Shown: positions 29,501-42,700 of the stretch, piece by piece
How positions within the stretch are numbered: position 1 is the stretch's first letter
Layout: each line of letters begins with the position of its first letter
Assembly (NCBI GenBank): GCA_020137815.1
Contig: CM035358.1
Span: 930,001-994,000, forward strand
Source of the DNA: Hormiphora californensis
Lineage: Eukaryota > Animalia > Ctenophora
Direction of reading: 5' to 3'
Length of the DNA: 64,000 bases
Program-made: the position numbers and the translations under genes
Notes under the pieces: generated by a model
Seen by the model: only the letters and a program-made list of their open reading frames with translations
Database searches by the model: none
Told to the model about the DNA's origin: nothing

Positions 29501-32253
29501 CAAATACCTGAACTAAACTTGATCCTCTCCACCACATTTCCACCCAGATCACCCTCACATGTTTCCTTGTTTTCACTTTCTGCAAAACTGTAAACTAGAA
29601 CAACTTTGTCATCACAGGAAATGGTGATACTTTGGTGATCTTTGGCAAATGTCCAAATGTTTTCAGGGCTAGCTGGAATATCAGGTTGTTCTGGTAAGGG
29701 CTCCCAATTATCCATGCATGGGGGTATCTTGTAGGATATCTGGCTTCTAAACTTGATCCTTACAACCCCCGTAGTTGGCAGGATCTGGAAGTATATTTCT
29801 GCGTTGCTACCGGGCTGACTTTCAGTTGTCAGATGAATGGGCAGGGTCTCCCAATCCCACTCGTACAAGAATCCCTTCTTTACTGCCCTCCAGGCTGAAA
29901 ATAAATTAAACTCAGTTGGAATTTGGCCTAGCAAATGAGATCGTTATGTGTTTATCAGACACGCTCAAGTAATATTGGGATCGTTGGACTAAAATTAAAT
30001 ATTTAATTACCGACGTCTGTCGAGTGGCCTTGTAGAACATGTATCACGAACAAAACTAACAAACGAATCATCCTGCCATAAGTGTAGCACTAAATTTAAT
30101 TCTAAAAAAACATCAATCATTGACAAAAAAGCTATGGCGACAGGGTGTGAAGAAAATGGCAGATCATAGAGAGAGGAGGCAAGTAGCTCGCTGACAAAAA
30201 ATGAGCCTGTTGGTGACCGATATAAGCTCGTGCACCTGCCACCCGGCCAATAAAGAATGAAGAATGAGAAAGGGAGGGAGGGAGAGAGAGATAGAGAGAA
30301 GGAAACAGAGAAAGAGATGGAGAGAAAGAGATGGAGAGAGGGCTGAAAGATATCAACTCAACAATTATGTGTTCTTGGTCAAGCATCAATGGCATAATAA
30401 TCGATGGAACAGGAGGCAGGGGGGCAGAGTCTTTGTATGATGGCCAGTAACTCTATTTACAACGATTCTTTTCCTCTCAAACATGATTAATGATTGGTAG
30501 CTGGTATGGGGAAATAGAGAAACATGAAGAATACAAGAGTTGCAGCTGTGAGGGGCCCGGACACACACATGTAATGGAATCATGGGGTGCGTTAGGGCAT
30601 GGATTTAAATTGCTTTATGTTACGTCAACTAATTCTACGAAATATGAGAGGGGGCTGCTGAAAGGGGTGGGTGATGGGTCCAGAAAAATGATCTAGATTG
30701 TTGGGGCGGAGCTGATGATTACTTCAAAGCTAATGATCTCTTGCAAAGGGTAGATCTCAACTCAAAGACTAACAACCAATCGATTAAATCTAGCAACCAA
30801 ATTATTTAAGGACTCAAAGACTAATCGTTTAACAACCACTTTATTTCAGGCGTTTGGAATGCGTGTGCCAGTACCACCCAAGACTCTCTCTAATAAACAT
30901 GAACTTCGGAGTGCAGGAGTTTGTCTGTTTATGACAGAAAGGGAAAAATGTGTACATGCTGGCTCGTTATCGGTATGTCTGGAGATCGATTAACTTTCCG
31001 AGCTTCTAGGCCGGAAATTAAAAATAGTTTGTAAGTTTCGAGTTTTATTATCAAAGTTTCATCAAAGTATAAAAATCTCCTTCAGGACGTCCCGTTTCCG
31101 TTAATTGAGGGTTTCCTATCAGCGATGTTTCATACCTACTCAACTTATTGGTTGGGTGGAATTCTCACTTCGTATGAACATCTACTAGCACTAGGTAATT
31201 GCATACTGGGACTAAACAACTAAAACTACTAGTTAGAATAGTATAGACATGCTGGTCCCAGATAAGAGACAGTAATTAAAACCTCTAACAGGTGGACTAT
31301 TCGTAACTAAGAAGAATTAAATATCATTCGCCCCAATTATCTCGCCCCTCGCTCGCACTTTTTCGCCCCTCCTGTCCATTTCATACTCATTTCAGTTTTC
31401 ACCCTACTGGTATGTAGCCTTAGATGCCGGGTGCTCTGTACTCACTTTCTCTCTTCCTAGCTATTTATACCTCTTCAAAAACTAACTTTCTCTCCATCTC
31501 CTATTCCCCCTCTCCCTCTCTCTTATTCCTCTCTCTCCTTCTCTCCAGGTGAGGTGGGTATTAGGTGTGAGTTTTATCACGAACAAGTTACCCGTCCTCT
31601 CATCCTACTGCAACAGCCCAGTTCAGCCACCAAGAGTGATGCACACTTCTCAGGTACGTAAAGTGGTCTACTATTTAGCCATTTTCGACGAGTTTTAGTG
31701 TGAAAAAGGGGTGATGATGTACGAAAAATAGATCAGTGGGAGCAAAATACAATGCTTTTTGGAGCAATTAATTTCCTAATTCTAGGATATAAAACAGATA
31801 AGATATTCTGTCTGATGTACCTGGGAGCATTGGCACAGCTTAGTAGTTGTGGGATCCTTCCTTCATTATCTCACATAGATAGCATACTGGCCACTACACG
31901 GAGAGCCTATCAGCAGGTAATTACATTGCAGGAGCCCGGAGCCGACCGAATCAGGAAATACTGGTCCCTGATTGGCTGATAACCAGTCACGTGACCTAAA
32001 TAACGAGTTCTGATTGGTTGTTTACTTGTTTCGGTCGGTTCCTGATAAGAAGCTCCATAAAGTCTCGGTAGATCATCAGCTGATAACACGTGTGTTTCAG
32101 GCACAACGGTTACTATTTGACAACCCTATTGTGATGCAGCAAATGAAGGCATATGTACACTCTGTAACACGTGATAAAAAGGACGTTGTGACTGTGGCAC
32201 GTGACTTTTTATCCGGCCTTACTACTCCCCTTCACCAACTTCATAGCTCTTGA
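26556..32253 (+). CDS. FANCA: Fanconi anemia group A-like protein, ~1043 aa from 7 exons
   Basis: Motifs LVPFES...YLMLAKTRMKD...DVEKALKSF...IPTGIVEASIFKKQYYTNHFLPCL resemble the conserved FANCA core. Phase-consistent exons: 26556-28921, 29032-29176, 30850-30972, 31086-31194, 31549-31653, 31786-31916, 32101-32253. Confidence 0.75.
29465..30071 (-). CDS. Nested antisense gene: secreted protein with a ctenophore-type ~130-aa extracellular domain; apparent frameshift near 29505
   Basis: Exon 1 (30071-30011) encodes a signal-peptide-like MIRLLVLFVIHVLQGHSTDV. A phase-1 GT-AG intron follows, then exon 2 from 29894: AWRAVKKGFLYEWDWETLPIHLTT...C...IWTF...ISCD...C...VERIKF. Confidence 0.65.
31929..32044 (+). 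mobile_element. ~110-bp MITE, copy 1 (TIR CAGGAACCGACCGAA)
   Basis: Four related copies in the window, with terminal inverted repeats. Confidence 0.85.
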
Positions 32254-32518
32254 AAATCATCGGATATCTTCTTTGATTTCTGTTGGTCTGACTTGCCGAT
32301 TCGGCACACATGTGTTCTTAACGTTTTCTTATTTTTTATAAATTTGAATTGTAAATATTGATTAATGTTCCTTTCTGATAACATCAAGGGTTGTTTTTCT
32401 ACTCCCTCAACTGTATCGTGTACCCAACTAACCCTTGTGTTTAGTATGTACCCGTAGTACTCACCTGTTACTTTCTGATTGCTTGAAGCTGGTGCGGTCC
32501 GAGAGGTTATGAGTAACC

Positions 32519-32648
32519 AAACTAACCCTAAACGTCCTCCCCACTACCCCGACCTCCACTGCCCCGACCTCCACTAACCCTAAACGCCTCCCCACTACCC
32601 CGACCTCCACTACCCCCGACCCCGACCTCCACTAACCCTAAACGCCCG
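32519..32648. repeat. Short C-rich tandem repeats upstream of SmF
   Basis: Repeated ACTAACCCTAAACG and CCCCGACCTCCACT. Confidence 0.7.
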
Positions 32649-32677
32649 ATTCTAGCGTCCAACAACAACACTCAGCC

Positions 32678-34570
32678 ATGTCTACCGCCCTGCCCATGAA
32701 CCCCAAGCCCTTCCTGAGTGCTCTCACTGGCAAGCCCGTTATGGTGAAACTGAAGTGGGGAATGGAGTACAAAGGTAACATACGCATTACGCATGTCTCA
32801 TTTGTTGACAAACCAACAAACAAATAGGGAATCGAATTGAGTCCACGACAGACAATCAAGTATAATAAGATCGGCCAAGAAATTGGTAGAGCTCACAATT
32901 GAAATATGTAATGCATACGAAATGTTAAATACACGCTAGATGCGGTTTCTGTGTGGTCTTACAGCTACGTTGAACGGAACATGTGACGCAACGTGGTGAG
33001 AGTTACACGTAGTTCGTTACAACATTAGTCTTCGATTATTATAAGCATATAATGTGATTATAACGATTCGGAATATATCCTGGAATCGATTACTAGATAT
33101 ATTTGAAAGATCGAGTGACCATTGTAGCTGATATATCTCGTTTTGCAGGTTATCTGATCTCTGTTGACAGTTACATGAACTTGAACCTGGCAAATACTGA
33201 GGAATACATCGATGGAGCTCTTGCTGGAAACCTGGGAGAGGTTCTTATCAGGTTAGTTTTGGTGGGAAACCTGGGAGAGGTTCTTATCAGGTTAGTTTTG
33301 GTGGGAAACCTGGGAGAGGTTCTTATCAGGTTAGTTTTGGTGGGAAACCTGGGAGAGGTTCTTATCAGGTTAGTTTTGGTGGGAAACCTGGGAGAGGTTC
33401 TTATCAGGTTAGTTTTGGTGGGAAACCTGGGAGAGGTTCTTATCAGGTTAGTTTTGGCGGGAAACCTGGGAGAGGTTCTTATCAGGTTAGTTTTGGCGGG
33501 CAACCTGGGAGAGGTTCTTATCAGGTTAGTTTTGGCGGGAAACCTGGGAGAGGTTCTTATCAGGTTAGTTTTGGCGGGAAACCTGGGAGAGGTTCTTATC
33601 AGGTTAGTTTTGGTGGGAAACCTGGGAGAGGTTCTTATCAGGTTAGTTTTGGTGGGAAACCTGGGAGAGGTTCTTATCAGGTTAGTTTTGGTGGGAAACC
33701 TGGGAGAGGTTCTTATCAGGTTAGTTTTGGCGGGAAACCTGGGAGAGGTTCTTATCAGGTTAGTTTTGGCGGGAAACCTGGGAGAGGTTCTTATCAGGTT
33801 AGTTTTGGTGGGAAACCTGGGAGAGGTTCTTATCAGGTTAGTTTTGGTGGGAAACCTGGGAGAGGTTCTTATCAGGTTAGTTTTGGCGGGAAACCTGGGA
33901 GAGGTTCTTATCAGGTTAGTTTTGGCGGGCAACCTGGGAGAGGTTCTTATCAGGTTAGTTTTGGCGGGAAACCTGGGAGAGGTTCTTATCAGGTTAGTTT
34001 TGGCGGGCAACCTGGGAGAGGTTCTTATCAGGTTAGTTTTGGTGGGAAACCTGGGAGAGGTTCTTATCAGGTTAGTTTTGGCGGGCAACCTGGGAGAGGT
34101 TCTTATCAGGTTAGTTTTGGGGGAAACCTGGGAGAGGTTCTTATCAGGTTAGTTTTGGTGGGAAACCTGGGAGAGGTTCTTATCAGGTTAGTTTTGGCGG
34201 GAAACCTGGGAGAGGTTCTTATCAGGTTAGTTTTGGCGGGAAACCTGAGAGAGGTTCTTATCAGGTTAGTTTTTTGGAGGGATCATTTAAATTCTTTAGC
34301 ATTGTAAAACCAAAATTGAACAGTCGCTTATATGGGATAATTTTAGGGTGCGGTTTACTATTGACGTGGTACAAACACATGGTAAAGTTAGAGTAGGCGT
34401 GAATTCTATTCAACCCATTTTTAGGGCTATGAATCAAAGTACTTATTTTTCTTCTTTCCTCCCGTTTGACTTCTACTCTACATAACTATCTCTCTCCCTT
34501 TAGGTGTAACAATGTACTCTACATTCGCGGAGTCGAGGAAGAGGGAGGAGATGCTGAAGTGATGGCTTAA
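32678..34570 (+). CDS. SNRPF: Small nuclear ribonucleoprotein F; exons 32678-32774, 33149-33251, 34504-34570
   Basis: [70 protein letters not shown]. Confidence 0.97.
33226..34275 (+). repeat. 39-bp tandem repeat of the SmF exon-2 end plus donor, ~27 copies
   Basis: Unit GGAAACCTGGGAGAGGTTCTTATCAG|GTTAGTTTTGGYG. Confidence 0.97.
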
Positions 34571-35067
34571 TTGCATTCAGATGACATCAAAATCAGACTC
34601 AAAAGTGGGACTTTTGGATATTCTATTTGTCGTATAACTGGAGAAGCCGTGTTACGTCATGCATAAGAATATCATGTTACAGAGTCTATTCCACAAAGAA
34701 TTGCCTTTCCTTTGCCCTATTCCTTTCCTTGAGTAAAACATGCATACCGAAATCTCGCCCTTTTAGCTAGATCCATAAATCTCTCACCATACCACTCTAC
34801 TTTTATAGTTCTCTTATACCTGTCGCTTTACTAAAAGGAGCTATTTATCACCGCCATTAAATGTGTGAGAGACCCCCCTACCCCCGCTCTCTCTCGCTTT
34901 AGCGAGCAATCTTTTAATCGTTTGCTATTTATTTTATCACGTTATATTTTTACTGAGCTCTCCGTGTTTCTTTGTCCCCCTGATGTCTTTGATCGTGCAA
35001 TCTCCCAGTGATATATTTTATAACCACCACTAACCACTACCTCTCCCTCTCTAGCTCTCTCCCAACC

Positions 35068-35736
35068 ATGTTTTCCTCCCTGGCTCGAGCAGGTGCCCGA
35101 CTCATCACCTCCGCTCCCAAGTCCACCCTAATCCCACGTCTATCCCGCCATGTCGCATCCGTGGCTAGCCCCGCCCCTGAATTCAAATGCCAAGCTGTGG
35201 TAGATGGAGGGTTCAAGGAGGTGGCCCTATCTGACTACAAGGGGAAGTACGTGTGCCTGTTCTTCTACCCTCTTGACTGGACCTTTGTATGCCCAACTGA
35301 GATCACTGCCTTCTCTGATCGTGCTGCTGATTTCGAGGCTGCCAACTGCCAACTTCTGGCATGTTCAGTGGACTCCCACTTCTCCCATCTGGCATGGACC
35401 CAGCAAAGCCGTAAGGAGGGTGGTCTGGGAGAGATGAAGATCCCCATCTTGGCCGACCTTGACAAGAGCATTGCCAAGAACTACGGAGTCCTGTTGGAGC
35501 CAGTTGGTATCGCCCTGAGGGGATTGTTCATTATTGACCCTGCTGGGAATGTAAGGCATATCACTGTTAACGACCTGCCCATTGGGAGGAGTGTTGACGA
35601 AACCATGAGGACTCTCCAGGCTATCCAGTTTGTGGAAGAGAATGGGGAGGTATGTCCCGCTAACTGGAGCCCTGGGAAGGCTACCATTAAACCTGGTGTT
35701 GACGAGAGTAAGGAGTTCTTTGAAAAGGAGAATTAG
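35068..35736 (+). CDS. Typical 2-Cys peroxiredoxin with a probable mitochondrial presequence (PRDX3-like), intronless CDS
   Basis: [19 protein letters not shown] and GEVCPANW. Arg/Ser-rich N-terminus without acidic residues ([12 protein letters not shown]...). Confidence 0.93.
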   Translation: MFSSLARAGARLITSAPKSTLIPRLSRHVASVASPAPEFKCQAVVDGGFKEVALSDYKGKYVCLFFYPLDWTFVCPTEITAFSDRAADFEAANCQLLACSVDSHFSHLAWTQQSRKEGGLGEMKIPILADLDKSIAKNYGVLLEPVGIALRGLFIIDPAGNVRHITVNDLPIGRSVDETMRTLQAIQFVEENGEVCPANWSPGKATIKPGVDESKEFFEKEN

Positions 35737-36711
35737 AGAGGGACATTGTTATCAGTCTGGAATACTTGGTTGAGAGACAGTGAGGGAGATAGTAGTGGAA
35801 CATGAATATGATTGTTTTTCAGTCTGGTAGAGTGTTGGGAGACAGTGTTACATCACAAGATAAGTGTCAGGGGGAGTATCAGTCATATTGTGTTATGTAC
35901 TTGTGTTTCTAGTAAGGAACTAAATGTGCTGGGTTGGTTTTATATTTCATATGAAAGGTTTAAAATTGTTACTAAAAATGTTTGAAAGTGGTGAAAAAGA
36001 AAGGCTTCGTTGTAAGCTGGGCACACGAAAAAGAGAGAGACAGAATTTATGTATGTCTTTTAGCCACAACATATTCAATTACATTGTATGCCGTATGGAA
36101 GTGGGTGTGTGCGTGTATAACTTATTCTATGTGTTAGTGTATGCCTCTTTTCTCTTTCCAAAATCAACGTGTTGTTATTCTTTAAATGTTCGTTTTTCAA
36201 AAAAAAACATAATGATAAATCGATTAGTTTAAATTGTCTCGGCGTTCCTCATAATTTCTGTTACTTTAATTCTTTCCTTTTTCTCTCTCTTCGTGCCCTC
36301 TTTCTACTTAATTTTTGACCTATACTATGCGTGTACATTACAGACGTGACACAAAGTTGTGTTCTAGCTCTTTGTCACATTAATAAATAATATGACAGTT
36401 TTTCAATCCAGTTCGCAGAGGGCAGTCTTTAGTGAGACAACTAGTTTTAGCACAGAAATCCCAGCGACCCTGTGAATGGCCCCCTTCCTGAGCGAGCAAT
36501 CAATCGTAGTACGATTATCTCCTAGAATGCCCTAAACTCCCACCTCTCCTTTTCAAAACACCCTCCCCTCACCCTCTCCCATCTCCTCACCTCCCATCTC
36601 CTCATATAGAAGGGTGCCACCAGATATAATGTAAAGAAGTGAAACACCCAGTAACACATCAAAACATCTGATCTGATATGCCAACTTGAGGGATCTTCAA
36701 TTACACAACTG

Positions 36712-39700
36712 ATGCCCTTACCATCGCTCTCCTCAACCCCTTCCTTCCGTACATACAGCGCAGTCAGTGTCGTTGTATATGTACTGTACATCGCCCTCAG
36801 CTCCTACTATCAGGTTAGCATGTGTGTCGTGTTCTCCCTACTGTGTAACCCTCCTTTACGGGGCCCGGTGAGAAAGGAATTAACGGTGTTTAACACTAAT
36901 TAAATAGTGAACCTTCTGAGTTCTGGGACCCTGATTAACCAGGCTGCTCAGCAGAAGTTAGAAAAAAAATTAAAAGCTTAAAAAATGGTTTAAAATACCT
37001 TTATCCTATTTGGGCATTTACAGCCTTTAAATGGACTTCCCCTTCTTCTTCCAGGATTTCAACAACTTTACAGAGTTCTTGCAACACCAATACGAACACT
37101 TCTGGACAGATGTATTCCTCCTCAACCTCCTCGCGTGTGGGGCCATCTTTTTGGGATCCCTCTTTATCTACCTCATGTTTGGTCAGTTGAGGGCCATCGA
37201 GGAACAGAATATCAGGTAGGAACTAGGATTTGGTATTGATGAACAGAATATCAGGTAGGATTTGGTATTGATGAACAGAATATCAGGTAGGATTTGGTAT
37301 TGAGGAACAGAATATCAGGTAGGATTTGGTATTGATGAACAGAATATCAGGTAGGATTTGGTATTGAGGAACAGAATATCAGGTAGGATTTGGTATTGAG
37401 GAACAGAATATCAGGTAGGATTTGGTATTGAGGAACAGAATATCAGGTAGGATTTGGTATTGAGGAACAGAATATCAGGTAGGATTTGGTATTGATGAAC
37501 AGAATATCAGGTAGGATTTGGTATTGAGGAACAGAATATCAGGTAGGATTTGGTATTGAGGAACAGAATATCAGGTAGGATTTGGTATTGAGGAACAGAA
37601 TATCAGGTAGGATTTGGTATTGAGGAACAGAATATCAGGTAGGATTTGGTATTGAGGAACAGAATATCAGGTAGGATTTGGTATTGATGAACAGAATATC
37701 AGGTAGGATTTGGTATTGAGGAACAGAATATCAGGTAGGATTTGGTATTGAGGAACAGAATATCAGGTAGGATTTGGTATTGAGGAACAGAATATCAGGT
37801 AGGATTTGGTATTGAGGAACAGAATATCAGGTAGGATTTGGTATTGAGGAACAGAATATCAGGTAGGATTTGGTATTGAGGAACAGAATATCAGGTAGGA
37901 TTTGGTATTGAGGAACAGAATATCAGGTAGGATTTGGTATTGAGGAACAGAATATCAGGTAGGATTTGGTATTGAGGAACAGAATATCAGGTAGGATTTG
38001 GTATTGAGGAACAGAATATCAGGTAGGATTTGGTATTGAGGAACAGAATATCAGGTAGGATTTGGTATTGAGGAACAGAATATCAGGTAGGATTTGGTAT
38101 TGAGGAACAGAATATCAGGTAGGATTGGTATTGAGGAACAGAATATCAGGTAGGATTTGGTATTGAGGAACAGAATATCAGGTAGGATTTGGTATTGAGG
38201 AACAGAATATCAGGTAGGATTTGGTATTGAGGAACAGAATATCAGGTAGGATTTGGTATTGAGGAACAGAATATCAGGTAGGATTTGGTATTGAGGAACA
38301 GAATATCAGGTAGGATTTGGTATTGAGGAACAGAATATCAGGTAGGATTTGGTATTGAGGAACAGAATATCAGGTAGGATTTGGTATTGAGGAACAGAAT
38401 ATCAGGTAGGATTTGGTATTGAGGAACAGAATATCAGGTAGGATTTGGTATTGAGGAACAGAATATCAGGTAGGATTTGGTATTGAGGAACAGAATATCA
38501 GGTAGGATTTGGTATTGAGGAACAGAATATCAGGTAGGATTTGGTATTGAGGAACAGAATATCAGGTAGGATTTGGTATTGAGGAACAGAATATCAGGTA
38601 GGATTTGGTATTGAGGAACAGAATATCAGGTAGGATTTGGTATTGAGGAACAGAATATCAGGTAGGATTTGGTATTGAGGAACAGAATATCAGGTAGGAT
38701 TTGGTATTGAGGAACAGAATATCAGGTAGGATTTGGTATTGAGGAACAGAATATCAGGTAGGATTTGGTATTGAGGAACAGAATATCAGGTAGGATTTGG
38801 TATTGAGGAACAGAATATCAGGTAGGATTTGGTATTGAGGAACAGAATATCAGGTAGGATTTGGTATTGAGGAACAGAATATCAGGTAGGATTTGGTATT
38901 GAGGAACAGAATATCAGGTAGGATTTGGTATTGAGGAACAGAATATCAGGTAGGATTTGGTATTGAGGAACAGAATATCAGGTAGGATTTGGTATTGATG
39001 AACAGAATATCAGGTAGGATTTGGTATTGAGGAACAGAATATCAGGTAGGATTTGGTATTGAGGAACAGAATATCAGGTAGGATTTGGTATTGAGGAACA
39101 GAATATCAGGTAGGATTTGGTATTGAGGAACAGAATATCAGGTAGGATTTGGTATTGAGGAACAGAATATCAGGTAGGATTTGGTATTGAGGAACAGAAT
39201 ATCAGGTAGGATTTGGTATTGAGGAACAGAATATCAGGTAGGATTTGGTATTGAGGAACAGAATATCAGGTAGGATTTGGTATTGAGGAACAGAATATCA
39301 GGTAGGATTTGGTATTGATGAACAGAATATCAGGTAGGATTTGGTATTGAGGAACAGAATATCAGGTAGGATTTGGTATTGAGGAACAGAATATCAGGTA
39401 GGATTTGGTATTGAGGAACAGAATATCAGGTAGGATTTGGTATTGAGGAACAGAATATCAGGTAGGATTTGGTATTGAGGAACAGAATATCAGGTAGGAT
39501 TTGGTATTGAGGAACAGAATATCAGGTAGGATTTGGTATTGAGGAACAGAATATCAGGTAGGATTTGGTATTGAGGAACAGAATATCAGGTAGGATTTGG
39601 TATTGAGGAACAGAATATCAGGTAGGATTTGGTATTGAGGAACAGAATATCAGGTAGGATTTGGTATTGAGGAACAGAATATCAGGTAGGATTTGGTATT

Positions 39701-42700
39701 GAGGAACAGAATATCAGGTAGGATTTGGTATTGAGGAACAGAATATCAGGTAGGATTTGGTATTGAGGAACAGAATATCAGGTAGGATTTGGTATTGAGG
39801 AACAGAATATCAGGTAGGATTTGGTATTGAGGAACAGAATATCAGGTAGGATTTGGTATTGAGGAACAGAATATCAGGTAGGATTTGGTATTGAGGAACA
39901 GAATATCAGGTAGGATTTGGTATTGAGGAACAGAATATCAGGTAGGATTTGGTATTGAGGAACAGAATATCAGGTAGGATTTGGTATTGAGGAACAGAAT
40001 ATCAGGTAGGATTTGGTATTGAGGAACAGAATATCAGGTAGGATTTGGTATTGAGGAACAGAATATCAGGTAGGATTTGGTATTGAGGAACAGAATATCA
40101 GGTAGGATTTGGTATTGAGGAACAGAATATCAGGTAGGATTTGGTATTGAGGAACAGAATATCAGGTAGGATTTGGTATTGAGGAACAGAATATCAGGTA
40201 GGATTTGGTATTGAGGAACAGAATATCAGGTAGGATTTGGTATTGAGGAACAGAATATCAGGTAGGATTTGGTATTGAGGAACAGAATATCAGGTAGGAT
40301 TTGGTATTGAGGAACAGAATATCAGGTAGGATTTGGTATTGAGGAACAGAATATCAGGTAGGATTTGGTATTGAGGAACAGAATATCAGGTAGGATTTGG
40401 TATTGAGGAACAGAATATCAGGTAGGATTTGGTATTGAGGAACAGAATATCAGGTAGGATTTGGTATTGAGGAACAGAATATCAGGTAGGATTTGGTATT
40501 GAGGAACAGAATATCAGGTAGGATTTGGTATTGAGGAACAGAATATCAGGTAGGATTTGGTATTGAGGAACAGAATATCAGGTAGGATTTGGTATTGAGG
40601 AACAGAATATCAGGTAGGATTTGGTATTGAGGAACAGAATATCAGGTAGGATTTGGTATTGAGGAACAGAATATCAGGTAGGATTTGGTATTGAGGAACA
40701 GAATATCAGGTAGGATTTGGTATTGATGAACAGAATATCAGGTAGGATTTGGTATTGAGGAACAGAATATCAGGTAGGATTTGGTATTGAGGAACAGAAT
40801 ATCAGGTAGGATTTGGTATTGAGGAACAGAATATCAGGTAGGATTTGGTATTGAGGAACAGAATATCAGGTAGGATTTGGTATTGAGGAACAGAATATCA
40901 GGTAGGATTTGGTATTGAGGAACAGAATATCAGGTAGGATTTGGTATTGAGGAACAGAATATCAGGTAGGATTTGGTATTGAGGAACAGAATATCAGGTA
41001 GGATTTGGTATTGAGGAACAGAATATCAGGTAGGATTTGGTATTGAGGAACAGAATATCAGGTAGGATTTGGTATTGAGGAACAGAATATCAGGTAGGAT
41101 TTGGTATTGAGGAACAGAATATCAGGTAGGATTTGGTATTGAGGAACAGAATATCAGGTAGGATTTGGTATTGAGGAACAGAATATCAGGTAGGATTTGG
41201 TATTGAGGAACAGAATATCAGGTAGGATTTGGTATTGAGGAACAGAATATCAGGTAGGATTTGGTATTGAGGAACAGAATATCAGGTAGGATTTGGTATT
41301 GAGGAACAGAATATCAGGTAGGATTTGGTATTGAGGAACAGAATATCAGGTAGGATTTGGTATTGAGGAACAGAATATCAGGTAGGATTTGGTATTGAGG
41401 AACAGAATATCAGGTAGGATTTGGTATTGAGGAACAGAATATCAGGTAGGATTTGGTATTGAGGAACAGAATATCAGGTAGGATTTGGTATTGAGGAACA
41501 GAATATCAGGTAGGATTTGGTATTGAGGAACAGAATATCAGGTAGGATTTGGTATTGAGGAACAGAATATCAGGTAGGATTTGGTATTGAGGAACAGAAT
41601 ATCAGGTAGGATTTGGTATTGAGGAACAGAATATCAGGTAGGATTTGGTATTGATGAACAGAATATCAGGTAGGATTTGGTATTGAGGAACAGAATATCA
41701 GGTAGGATTTGGTATTGAGGAACAGAATATCAGGTAGGATTTGGTATTGAGGAACAGAATATCAGGTAGGATTTGGTATTGAGGAACAGAATATCAGGTA
41801 GGATTTGGTATTGAGGAACAGAATATCAGGTAGGATTTGGTATTGAGGAACAGAATATCAGGTAGGATTTGGTATTGAGGAACAGAATATCAGGTAGGAT
41901 TTGGTATTGAGGAACAGAATATCAGGTAGGATTTGGTATTGAGGAACAGAATATCAGGTAGGATTTGGTATTGAGGAACAGAATATCAGGTAGGATTTGG
42001 TATTGAGGAACAGAATATCAGGTAGGATTTGGTATTGAGGAACAGAATATCAGGTAGGATTTGGTATTGAGGAACAGAATATCAGGTAGGATTTGGTATT
42101 GAGGAACAGAATATCAGGTAGGATTTGGTATTGAGGAACAGAATATCAGGTAGGATTTGGTATTGAGGAACAGAATATCAGGTAGGATTTGGTATTGAGG
42201 AACAGAATATCAGGTAGGATTTGGTATTGAGGAACAGAATATCAGGTAGGATTTGGTATTGATGAACAGAATATCAGGTAGGATTTGGTATTGAGGAACA
42301 GAATATCAGGTAGGATTTGGTATTGAGGAACAGAATATCAGGTAGGATTTGGTATTGATGAACAGAATATCAGGTAGGATTTGGTATTGAGGAACAGAAT
42401 ATCAGGTAGGATTTGGTATTGATGAACAGAATATCAGGTAGGATTTGGTATTGAGGAACAGAATATCAGGTAGGATTTGGTATTGAGGAACAGAATATCA
42501 GGTAGGATTTGGTATTGAGGAACAGAATATCAGGTAGGATTTGGTATTGAGGAACAGAATATCAGGTAGGATTTGGTATTGAGGAACAGAATATCAGGTA
42601 GGATTTGGTATTGAGGAACAGAATATCAGGTAGGATTTGGTATTGAGGAACAGAATATCAGGTAGGATTTGGTATTGAGGAACAGAATATCAGGTAGGAT

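Noticed and set aside
31292-31410. Microexons in FANCA intron 4
   Set aside because: Exons 31086-31194 and 31549-31653 join in phase without them.
32519-32648. Telomeric repeat (CTAACCCTAA)
   Set aside because: Only isolated ~1.5-unit motifs within a different local repeat.
33103-34152. 349-aa repeat protein as an independent gene
   Set aside because: It is SmF exon 2 read through into the intronic donor array.
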